From positions 2,200,987-2,264,986 of the forward strand of contig NW_002060943.1 in assembly GCF_000150275.1 (NCBI RefSeq): a stretch of 64,000 bases of DNA. The letters run 5' to 3'. A program made the translations under genes and the position numbers. Shown piece by piece: positions 30,301 to 42,300 of this stretch. Positions within the stretch are counted from its first letter, which is position 1. Each line of letters starts with the position of its first letter. The notes beneath the pieces are model-generated. The model saw nothing but the letters and a program-made list of their open reading frames with translations, had not been told where the DNA came from and searched no databases. The stretch comes from Trichoplax adhaerens (lineage: Eukaryota > Animalia > Placozoa).

Positions 30301-30378
30301 CAATACTAGAAAAAGGAATAGATCCCCATTCCCAAATTTCTTTACCGTTTGTGATTCTTGATAGTCTATCTCTTCCAT
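27362..30378 (-). CDS. RWDD4: RWD domain-containing protein 4, 9 coding exons (30346-30378, 30021-30101, 29069-29178, 28898-28943, 28126-28227, 27940-28048, 27767-27816, 27488-27490, 27362-27391)
   Basis: Not in the ORF track. Manual splicing gives MEEIDYQESQT-EEAEVLCSIYESD...WTENYPDALP...GSALTYTLFEWIKE...LSKQQKRRLADR...[22 protein letters not shown], the RWDD4 C-terminal signature; phases are consistent. Confidence 0.9.
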
Positions 30379-30629
30379 TTTAAGACCAAACAGGGCAAGC
30401 TGGTTAGTGACTATCGACTGATGAATGTTAGTTGTAATATACACTAATTTTGGGCTGTATATGATCACCAGAGAAACTCAATTAACCCAGATAAAATGTA
30501 GGAGAGGAGTCCATACCATGAGTTTGCGAGACGAGCAGATCAAATGTGGACGTAAGCGTTGATGCATTCGGCTTGATGCTCTTGATGCTTGAGGTCTCTT
30601 AGCTCACTGGATTGTCAACACGCTACAGT

Positions 30630-31105
30630 ACACTGTCAGTACAGTACAGTACAGAAGCCTGCGGAGGAGATACTGTACAGTACTAAGGTTTGGACCAGAC
30701 CAGATGATGAAGACCTGTACAGTACAGTACAGTACACTGTACAGTACAGAAGCCTGCGGAGGAGATACTGTACACTGTACAGTACTAGGGTTTGGACCAG
30801 ACCAGATGATGAAGACCTGTACAGTGTACAGTACAGAAGCCTGCGGTGGAGATACTGTACTGTACACTGTACTAGGGTTTGGACCAGACCAGAGGATGAT
30901 GACCTGTACTGTACACTTGTACAGTGCAGTACAGGACAGTACTGTACAGAAGCCTGCAGAGGAGATACTGTACTGTACTGTACACTGTACCGGGATCCGG
31001 ACCGGATCAGATCATGAAGACCTCTACTGTACAGTGTACAGTACAAGTATACAATGTACAGTACAGTGTACAGTACAGTACGGTACAGTATGAAAGCCTG
31101 CGAAT
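30630..31105. repeat. Modular tandem array: alternating blocks A (CAGAAGCCTGCGGAGGAGATACTG) and B (CTAGGGTTTGGACCAGACCAGATGATGAAGACCTG) joined by variable ACTGT/ACAGT spacers, ~4.5 units
   Basis: A at about 30652, 30747, 30834, 30946 and partial 31092; B at about 30683, 30786, 30872 and diverged 30990. Confidence 0.92.
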
Positions 31106-31451
31106 ACACGGTACGGTGTAAAGTTACTGAACCTCTGTTAAATGAGCACATTATCGTAAACCGTCAGTAAAGCGACGGGAGCTTGCACTAATATATATAT
31201 ACAGTATATACAGTATATATTATACAGTATGAATGAGTGGGTAAGAGTGTTCCACATAGCTAAAAATGGAGAGTTACTGTAAGATTAGAGAAATGCGGTA
31301 TGTATATCAGTATATGTCATACACTCTACTACTACACAGTACACGGTATAAAGTTACTGAACCTCTGACAGGTCTACGACAAATGGTAATACTATCTGTT
31401 AAATGAGCACATTATCGTAAACCGTCAGCAAAGCGACGGGAGTTTGCACTA
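31105..31451. repeat. Direct duplication of an ~85-bp segment; copy 2 has a 31-bp insertion
   Basis: 31105-31190 matches 31340-31451 (TAAAGTTACTGAACCTCTG...TTAAATGAGCACATTATCGTAAACCGTCAG.AAAGCGACGGGAG.TTGCACTA). Confidence 0.88.
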
Positions 31452-31992
31452 GTGATCTATTTAAATAACTGTACTGTACTGTACACTATCAGAGAATGGG
31501 CGGGATTTGTGCGTACTGTAAGAAATTTTCATTTAGTACTGTAACGACTTTAGACTATTGACAGACTTTAGGTGAAAATTAGAACAAATCTATAGAAACA
31601 AAAGCCAGATTGACATCCTTGAGTTATTGGGCTACGTCTACATACAAGCTTTTATCTACTTTGGGCTCGATTTAGCCTACACAATTTATTCTCCTTAGTG
31701 CCACCGAAAAGAATCCCACTGTACTTACTGTACAGTACAGTATACTGTACTGTAGTCGGCGAGGTACCGCCACTTTCGATAACCGAGAAGCATTCCATAG
31801 TGAGTTGTGACTGCAAACTGTAGCGTCATCGCTGCTTACTGTACTGTACCGTACTGTGGGCGCGCAATAACCTGAGCAGACCAGAGCGGAAGTTGTCCAT
31901 TAGGCGTGATCTCCGAAAGCCATCTCTTGCTCAGCTGGCTTTGCATGTTGAAGAAGCATTTTTCAATCATTAGACCATGAGAATGAATAACT

Positions 31993-34900
31993 ATGCCGTT
32001 AAGCGTTAAAGGTAAAACAGGTAAATTGCAGTTTATTGGATTTACCAATACTGAAAGGAAAAATTTAGCCAGTAAATATAAAAAACTGGATGGGAAAATC
32101 GGTAAGAGTAAGGTATGTTATTGCCGCTAAAAATGGCATCAAATTCCTGCAATACTTCACGTTGTCAACCCTGGTTTCTTTCTTGCACTAGTTATACCGT
32201 AACATATAGATCATCGCTTGTTCGATTGCAATGCTTGATTAAGGCGCTTTAGGTGCAATGAGGTAGTAACAACGTCAAGATGACTTGAAAGGCTTTAGCT
32301 TACTCTTTTCACCTTATGATGAATACAATGATTCAAAATGCTTTGCATTAAGATTGCTCAATGGCGGATAGATAAAAGTTAAAAATCAAAACAATACTGT
32401 ACAGTTAATAGTGGAATATACTTCTTGTACGTAGCAACTATCGTATACTAATGGTAACGAACTTTAAGGGATGCACCATGTTATAGTTGTAGGCTTTATT
32501 GATTAGTAGTGTTATTGCAGTTCTATCTAGTCGTGACATCAACCCATGTTATTATTTTGATCTGGATGAACGTCTGCTAAACTTGCTGCCGACTGCATTA
32601 CACAGTATAGGTGTAGAAAGTGCAAAATGCAATCTTGCAATTTCTCCTAGTCACTCAGTACAAAGGTGAAAACTATTACTCTACGGACGTTGATTGTATT
32701 GGTAGATACAGCGCAGTTGTTTCATTGGATCATGATTACTTTATCCAATGCTCTCAAGTCTACTACAGTACAGTATTATGTCTTAACAGCAGTCAATGAC
32801 GTAATAGAATAGATTGCTAAAAAGAGGATTCCGAACGTTCCTGAGCAAATTTGCTTTCAACTTATACCAAACACATGCCTGTATTTCCATTTTTAAACGA
32901 TAATGTTTGTACGTCAATATTATGAAGATTAATAATCGTAATAATGTCTTCTCCATTGATTCATTTCTGCAGACGCTACTCACTCAAACCACGCATATTA
33001 TTTGTGAACAACCAGAGACAACAAATCTATTTCTTGCTGCCTGTGTAAGAGGTAAAGCCAATTTTGTATTTCTTATGACGTAGAATCGACTGTTGCTATG
33101 GATAGTGCTACATTTTAAAGTAGGCGATGGGTTGTATTGCCAGTAGCAACCATCGTATAACGTACATTATGTTGAAGGATGTTCATATGATGCAGTCTTA
33201 TATCTACAAGGTTACTTTATGAATGTCAAGTGTCCCTTATGTTATACTATTTATGTTATGTTATTAAATACTGTAATAGCGAGCAACTTCTACACATTGC
33301 TTTACTTACCGTACTTTCATGCTATCTTTCTATCATTTGATGATGAATAAATTACATCGAAAAACTTGTTGAACTGTACTGGAAAATTGTAGAAATGCTA
33401 CGATTGTACTATTTTTTGCCGCATTCGTGATTAGATATACTTATAGTAACAAGTACAGTATGAAGTGAATACTTTGTTACACAAGCCTGAAGTATTAGTT
33501 TCATGTAATAAAAACTAGATATTATTTCTTTCATTAAGATAATTCAACGAATGTAATATGTATAGAAATACGCTTTTCATGTTGTATGATTCCTAAACAG
33601 GAAACTAAGGATCTGTAATACACTACAGTACTACAACTATCGCAGTCGTTCGAATAGTAACAGTACTAACTAATGATGACATTATGGTTTTACTGATAGG
33701 AATTTGGATACTCAAGAAATCTTTCATCGAAGATAGCGCTAAAGCTGGATGTTTATTACCTGAAAGGGAATATGAATGGTCAATCCGCGACCATCACAAT
33801 TACCCCGCAATTGAAGAAGGTCTGCTTCAAGCTCCGCAATACTGGAGGCTGAAAAAAGAGAAAGGCTTAACTTTATTCCCAGAGAAAACAACCGCTGTTG
33901 TTTATGGTAGCGATTCAGAGAAAGAAAATCAATTTGAAAAGTAAAGTTATACTCATGCGACATAAAAAGTTTAATGCGATAGTATGGATCTTTCAAAGTG
34001 TCTGCTAATTGTATAAACTATGTCGATTGTTATATAGGATATTAAAATGGGGTGGAGTTCGTTGTACGAAGCCAGAGATCTTTCAACAATCTCCCACACC
34101 GGTTGATTATCTCTTTTATGATGAAAAACATTCCTATCTTAAACGACAATATGAAAGCTATTGTAAAATAGGTAGGTTTCCTACCAAAACTATTACAGAA
34201 AGGATACTTCAGCAGGTAATTTACCCTTATATAGATTTACTTTAAATAGATAACTTGTAACAACTGTTTGATAATATTTATTATAGTCTCGCTGTAATTA
34301 CCTGTGCATAGCAATACAGTAGTGCTACGTTATACAATTACTGGCGATGCGCTAAAAAATAGCATAGTTTGCATAATAGTCTATTCTATATATACGTATG
34401 TAGAAATATGGAATAAAATAATTACACATCGTATATTTATTTCTCGCCAAATTTTTGCTTTCGTCTTATTCCTGGTATCGATTTAGCCCTTTCAAAATTC
34501 TACTTGGACAGAAAATACTAATAATCCTTCAGGTTAATAAATAAAACGAACATGACATTGTCTAACAATTTTGACATCTATGTAAATTTATAATTGCCTA
34601 GTAATAGTAATGGACATGACTATGTAGGATATTAGCTATATTAGCTACATTGAAAATGTATTCGCTTTATTATGTACACCTTTATTTTAGCATAAGTTAT
34701 ACTAAGATGTATAAATTATGAATTATTTTACAGAGACCAAAAAGAGAAAGGATCCAGACTACCTCTCACCTATCAATGCTCTTCCGGTAAAGCGAGTTGC
34801 TACTGAAAATCCTGACACATTTGATTACACAAAGAAATTGGTTCGTCCTAATCTTCTTCGCATACCCATATGTAAAGATCATGATCAAATATGCCTGGAT

Positions 34901-37900
34901 AGGCTATTTCTTTTATACGCTGTTGAGAGTGTAAGTAAATTTAGTACAAAGTATTGATAAAATTTCTTAGGGGTTTACTAGTCTACTGATATCAAATTAT
35001 TCTTTGTAATATTACATCATAATGTATTCAGAAACATCAAAAAGGAGACGAGAATCTAAAGGTTATGCCTTCGACTGAAGTATCACAATTCGGCACTCAT
35101 CTTGACCACCAAAATTACTATCCTGCAATCGAAATTGCGAAAAAATGCCTATTGAAATATTATCCTCCGTCAAGTGTTTTGCATGACATAATGACGAAAC
35201 TCATTACTGTATGAAATGCACGATTACCTTTTTAGCGCAAAATCTTTACTGATACGTTAATGCATGTATGTAGTTATCATTTGTCGTACTGACTCTGTTG
35301 ATTAATTATCTTTCATTGTTAGGAAAGTAATGATGATCTAATCATGAATGAGGGGTTCGGCCTTCTTACAGAGTGCTTACAGCGTTATCCTCCTAAAATG
35401 ATGAGAATGAAAAAGATATACATGTTGTCATTTTGTACCGATAGATCGATAAATCAGTACGAATCGTGTTCAGTGGAAACAATTAATATGGAAATGTGGA
35501 ACAATATTATGCAAAAGATTGAAAAGTAATTAATTACGAATATTGGTTACAATCTTTTTAAAAATTTGAAAAAAGATATTCGTTTACATACTACTAATTA
35601 CCAGTATGGATAAATTATAAAATTTTTTCGATTTATTTCATTAAAGTGTATCAAAGAAAGAAGAAAAATGTGATGTCCTAATCTTGCGCTTTATTGTTCA
35701 ATTGCTATGGACTGATTACAAGATATTCTATGATGGGTTGTAAGTGATCCTGACAAGATAGCTTTACACCATCGTATTTTCGATTTATATAAATACTGAA
35801 ACCAGACTACTGTTACTTTACTATTGTTATTATAGGATCGGTAAGAAAGAAAAGAAAGATGATCGCCCGATTTTTTTTTCTCTACTATGGCCTGGAAACT
35901 TTTATCAAACTGCCTCTGTATCGCAGAAGAGTATAGAGTTGATGGATGCTTTTTTTGGGGTATATCAGCAAAGTTCTGATTTGTCTGATGATTGTGTGAG
36001 TGTCCGTTGTGTTAGGATGTAATTCTTAGTTTTAATCCTTTTAATAATTCTTAGGTTGACATTTCAGTAACTAACCATCATATTTAATACTGTTTGTTGT
36101 TTCGTCATCAGATAAATTTAATACATTCATTACTTATATTATCGGGTGACTGCTGCGCACGTCAAGAAATGACTAGCTATTATAAATCGAATAATACGAC
36201 TATACTTGGCGACTATGCAATAGAATTTGCGATAAAGCTAGCTGGAAAAATAGATCAAATTAAAGATAGTAAGCGAAAACTAGCCCTATTGGAAAGCTTA
36301 GCATTGGACTGGCTGGTAGCCTGCGTATCTGAATATATACTCTTAACATTTCATCATCCGAACAATTTGAACAGCGGTCTACAAAAAGAAGTTAAATCGC
36401 TGTCATTGCAAAAAATTGTAAGGCAGCAATTAATTACAAATTGTTTTAGTATCTATTATTACATTAACTTTTAGTTAATATGGTTAATGTTATGAAACTG
36501 TCTATATCCAAGGTCATATAAAAATATAAAGTGCATTACATACCGACATTCTTAATATATTTCAGGTTAAGAATTATTTCGAATTGATTCCATATGGACG
36601 TCAATTGCTATCAAATGATAAGAGAGATATTAGGTAACAAATAAAAATTGTAAACGTTAGTAATGGCTATTCGACTGAATAGATACGTTGATTGATGTAA
36701 TGGTATAAGAAATACTGTATATTGAGACATAGATAGGTATTATGCTCAATCCGTGTTATGGTTCGAATTGTTTGTATAAGAGTCTGTTGTACACACCAAT
36801 AATGAGATCATTTATCGATTGACATTATCATCATAAATAAAGTAGTGCCGTTAGCAAAGGGACAATCATTGAGAAAAGAAATGCTAAAGGTTGGTGTAAC
36901 TAATTTTTTATAGTTAATGATCGATCAGGTGATTGCAATATTATCTTTAGAGTTTTATAAATATCACTACCTGATCTTGTTGATTAGGGAAAAGTAGATT
37001 ATAAACTACATTACCGCAACTGTCTGATGTGATATAGGCAACATTTACAAGAAAATTTACTATATTATAGTTAAGTGGATTACTAAAGGAAAATTTTCTT
37101 ACCAACAATTAGGCGAGACACGATTGCACGTCGCTTGCAAACGAAATGATGTAGGAACAATTGAAGCGTTAATTGGTGAAGGCGCCGAAGTTAATGTCGT
37201 TGACAATTGTGGTTGGACACCGTTACATGAAGCTTGCAATCACGGACACATCGATGCTGTGCATACTATTATTAAATGCTCGCAAAAATATTCTAAAGAC
37301 TTAAATTTCTCTGCTAATGGAGATGGCGGCATTACGCCAATGCATGATGCGATCCTGAATGAACACTATGAGGTAGCAAAAGTACTGGTGCAATATGGAG
37401 GTAAGCTCCCTCATGTTTATATTTTTTTTAAATTTTGCCTTAACATTAGATTGAAATCCCATTCTACTTTACTCATTAACCTATTATAAGGAGGATGTCT
37501 GCTGAAATATAAAGGCAATTGCCAATTATCGCCACTAGATCTATCAATTGACGAGAGTGTTGTCAAGGAATTGGAGGATTTTGCTGATAGTATCGAATAT
37601 CGAAAAGACTACCAAAAAATATGTCGTTCGTGCAGAAAGTTGCGAATTATACTTAACTGCTCTTGCAAATTTAATTGATGTACAAATTACACAGTATTTT
37701 ATTCAAGAACGTTTTAAAGATAAAGAAAGAGGTGATGACACTGTTTTTATACAAGAAAATGTTAAGCATAATAATCAGAGATTAAGTAATTCACGGAATA
37801 TCATGAAAGACGCTTTTAATAATCTTCCTCGCCTCGAAAAGCATATTTCTTCTATCATTGAGCGCCAAGATAAAACTGAGAAATGTAAATTGTTATTAGC

Positions 37901-37940
37901 CAAGATTAATCTTGATTTGTGGCAAGCCATGAAAACATGA
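31993..37940 (+). CDS. SLF1: SLF1/ANKRD32-like BRCT + ankyrin-repeat protein, ~15 exons (31993-32112, 32973-33051, 33700-33940, 34038-34215, 34487-34532, 34734-34930, 35032-35208, 35323-35525, 35647-35739, 35836-35995, 36112-36417, 36566-36633, 36843-36889, 37113-37400, 37491-37940); last exon frameshifted in this sequence
   Basis: BRCT motifs QFIGFT...THIICE...FLAACVRG-IWILKKSFIEDSAKAG.LLPEREYEW; ankyrin repeats KRNAKGETRLHVAC, GWTPLHEACNHGH, GITPMHDA, SPLDL; domain order matches SLF1. Confidence 0.82.
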
Positions 37941-39351
37941 TGCTATAGTATTCACTTTTATATAAGATAAATTGGTTAATAATACAGAGATACAGCATAT
38001 ACTCGTACTTACGCAGAATCGTATATATAATAATATTTTCATACGACATTCGTATATATAATTTGATATATGTAGATGGGTAAAATGTAAAGATATTTCA
38101 GTAGGATTGTAATTTTTTAGAAGTTGTACGATAAATTCTGAAATTGATTATTGGAATAGATACGTGCAAATCAGTTTTATAGCTGCGTCAGTAATATAAT
38201 GATATTTATTTTTAGTAATCCGTCATTAAATAAGTGCAGGGTCAATATAGTATTCCATATGTACTATCTCAGTAATGCATATTTGTATACATTGGTATAC
38301 AAACAATGGAACATTATTCTTAATGTAATGTGAAGGAATGAGAACTATTTGTTTTTTAACTGTAATTCTATATACGAAATAAGACGATTATGATTCCTCC
38401 ATAGCAATGCTAGTTATCGTCCTTGATTGAAGCTATTAACCGGGCTTCTATTATGCTCATCTTTTGTACAGCATGGCGAAAGTCATAATATTTTTAGCTC
38501 ATGTTACGGCTAATTGTTATAAATAAAGAATAATCTAAACTTCTAAAATGTTCAATTCATCTGAAGTAACAATTATTATTGTGATTGACTCTTCCCCATC
38601 GAAAGTAATAAATATGACTGACAAAATATATTATAATTTATTCGGTTATTTTGGCCACAATTATTGAAAAGCGTTGTAGGTAGGTAGGCAACATTACTAA
38701 AATAATGTGTAATAATTTACAGGTTGACGTATTTGATTCTCGGCCATAAGTCAAAGGCAAAGCAAGATACAAATGCTGCTGTAAACGGCAATGTACTAAC
38801 ATCGCTCTCTCAAAAAGCGCTGCGTTTGGGTACAATTAATCCTACATATTTTTAGTTTACTCTTAATTTATTAAATACTCGTTTTCCATACTTGTAATCA
38901 ATTTGTGCTGTTATCACGACCGAGATTGTGATACAAGAACATAGCATGAGTATATGAAATTTAATCTTCCTTAATCGAGTAAATCTACTTTGCAGCTTAC
39001 TATTAATTAGAATCAGCTCTCTAATACCAATTTCCGTACTGACATTTGAAATATTACTTTGCATATTTTATTTCGCAACATTTTGACCTCACACAGAATA
39101 CTACACAACTTCATATCAGCCAGAATTACGACTTCCTATGTAGTTTTTTATAACACTTCGGCAATACCTTTGAAAAAATATTTGCACATACTGAATATGC
39201 TGATAAAATTAAAATACTTCAACTTTAAAGTATATTTATAGTAACGTTCCTGATTAGTAATGCACCTAAACACAATATATCTTCATAGGGCTTTATATAT
39301 TAATAATCAATATAAAGAATCTGTTAGGAATTTGTTACTGAATTCAAAAAT

Positions 39352-42300
39352 TTAGACGGTCCTGAATTTTTCAGATAACGTTAAAAGGATCATAACTATT
39401 GCCTAGAAAAAAATAAAGTAGCATATTGAGAATACGTGTGCTGATAGACACTCCTTGTACATCGATTTTATGATTATTGTAAACGTAGTATTATTAAAAA
39501 CTAATCAAGCTTACTCAGTGCACTTTAAATATACCTAATCATTTTATCGTTTATAACGAATAATCTACAGTGACATTTCTTATGATCAGATAATCATTAA
39601 CATATCGCAAAAGACTATAAGTTTTAGGATGTTTATGCCTTCTTACATGCGCAATGCCTAGAAATCCTATTATCTAGATGAAAAAACGAAATGGATGATT
39701 ATTTCAGTTATGTCACAGTTAGCAGAAACATTATTAGTTTAAGTTAAGATGAAATGATGTTGTTTACTGTCTTCTAAAGTTATATTTTGATGATATGCAA
39801 ACTCAGTAACAGTGATAATTTCAGCTGTTGTTTAAAGAAGTCGATTCAATGTAATGTTATTCAAGAGCAAGTCTAAATATCTAGGTAACTAAATGGAACT
39901 AATAATACTAAACCTTACATAATAGCTAAAATATAAACGAAGAGATTCGACATTGATTAAAATACCGAAGATATATAGAAGACTGAATTAAACTTAGAAT
40001 CTTACACATGAACTTAAATTAAAATTAGCACTTGATCGTAATGCTATACTACCACCCACAGCCATACCGATGATTTGACTTTGATAAAAAATTTATTTGG
40101 TCCAAAGAGTTTATTAATATGTAAAGAATTGGAATGATAGTTTTAAATAACTTATTTTATCGTTATTATTAACAGGGTGTTCTGTCAGTAAACAGTTAGG
40201 TATAGGAATAATCTTACCCAAGAGAAAAAGCACAAGTAAGTAATCCGGAAGATATCGAATATATGACAAACTTATCATCTGTACTGACGTATTCGCTATA
40301 TTTTAATTATAAACAACACGAAAATTCATAGTTGAAAGAGAATAAATAAAATCAATTGATTCAATGGTTACCGTGCGACTAAGACTTCTACCATATCAGG
40401 ATAAGTGGCAACAAGAGAGGAAGCTGCTCCAAGGCCCAAAAATGCTAAGGATGTTACCGTCATTACTAGTGATCTTAGTTTGTAGAAGATAAAAAAGATA
40501 TTAGTAAGTAGTAAATCATGACACTGGATTACATGCTAGATAATTAATATAAATTCCAAATAACTCAATTAATACTATTAGGATAAAAATAAATTTTGTA
40601 TATCGATATTGTTATACAATGTGATAGGATCTTACTGATGCATTTTCAGATATGGAGCAGGCCCTAAGAATTGATATGCAATTCCGCAGATAATCATTCC
40701 ACAAATATTTATCCATCGATACTTTCCCTATATTAAGGAAATAAGAGTCAATTTATTAATATGAGATAGCTTTCATAGAACTACTTTTAGGTAACTTAAT
40801 AAAAAAATAGATAAATTTTCAATCAATAACTACGCTATTTTTATGTTCTTGTAGCAGAAAAAATGTCTTGTTATACATGAAACAAATCGCCTCCATCTCA
40901 CTTAATACTAAATATCACCGGTAATGAAAATCGACCGTAAAGTGAATCATTTTTTCAAACCTACCATTTTATCAGTAACATAACCTACAATAATGGTAAA
41001 CATCATGTATGTTAACGGAAATGCTCCAAATACTGCACCAATCTCAGATTCCGATAGATGGAACTGTTGCATAAATTTGTTAATCATACATCAACCGATA
41101 AGTATATACTGATAAGTATTTTAATCATATTTTACATGTGTATCTAGTTAACCAAACGTATGAAGAATTAACAGATGTAGTCTGTAAACGAAAATTGGGA
41201 ATAGGAAATCGACTAACCGGTTTAAGATGAAATGCTATACTTGGTTCGAGATAGCCTATATAAGTATTTATCAGAGTCATGGCTATATCTATATGGAAAT
41301 AGATTAAGTTGTCAAAAGCATCATAAAACGCACATTTTTGAAAGCCCATAATTACAATATACAGATAGGGGCGTGCGAATGATAGTTTAACTTCATTTAT
41401 AGACTGAACTAGTCCTATACCTCATTCGGATATATTATCATTTATAGTTGAATCAACAAAGTCAGTTTATTGGTCAACTTTATGAGTATGAATAAAATCA
41501 AACTGCCACCCTCACGATGTTTATAAAATGTAAATATCTAACCATATGAAGTATCTAAATACCGTATGTAGAGAAGATACAGTGATAAACTACAGGTGCT
41601 ATGAGAGCAATACTTAATAAAGTATGGATTGTGATATATTAAAGTTTAATTGCAAGTAGTAGCAATACTTCTACATATTTTAATAAAGTAGGAATTAATA
41701 AGAGTCTAAAAACGCTTCTTATTTAGCTCTGTCCACAACACAAATCTCAGTTAGAAGTTGAGATAAATTCAGCAACTTAGCTATGAACAGTAGATCTATA
41801 GCAATCCAGTACAATTTAGAATTGCTAGTTAAGTAGAACTGACAGATTATAGCTTAAATCAAAAGAAATTTAAAACATTTAACTTCTTACATAAGACCAT
41901 GACACGTGGTATTGTTAAAATTTCCATAGTAGTTCGGAATGATTGAGCTTGTCCGAAGCCTAGAGCTGTAATAAATTTATCAATTCTTTAATATAAATTG
42001 AGTGAAGTATGAATATCTACTTAACAGTAATTAATACTCTACTTTATGATGAATTAGCTAGTAAATTCAAATAATACATTGTTAATCGATACAAAATAGT
42101 TACTTAGTATTCAGTAGGGTATACTGATGAATGTAGTGAAGATTAATTCATGTAATACATTTTGTATCATCTGAAAAGTTAAACTGCACCATTACGATTA
42201 CAAATAAGCTGTAATTGCGTATAATACTTACGATAAATAGACGGGAATTTAATGACAGCGAAGCTAATTATTATAAGTAGAATTCCTATAGCTAGAAATG

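Noticed and set aside
30589-31151. Five overlapping ORFs and a superficially CRISPR-like repeat-spacer layout
   Set aside because: The ORFs are repeat artefacts. The spacers are low-complexity rather than unique, there are no cas genes, and the context is eukaryotic.
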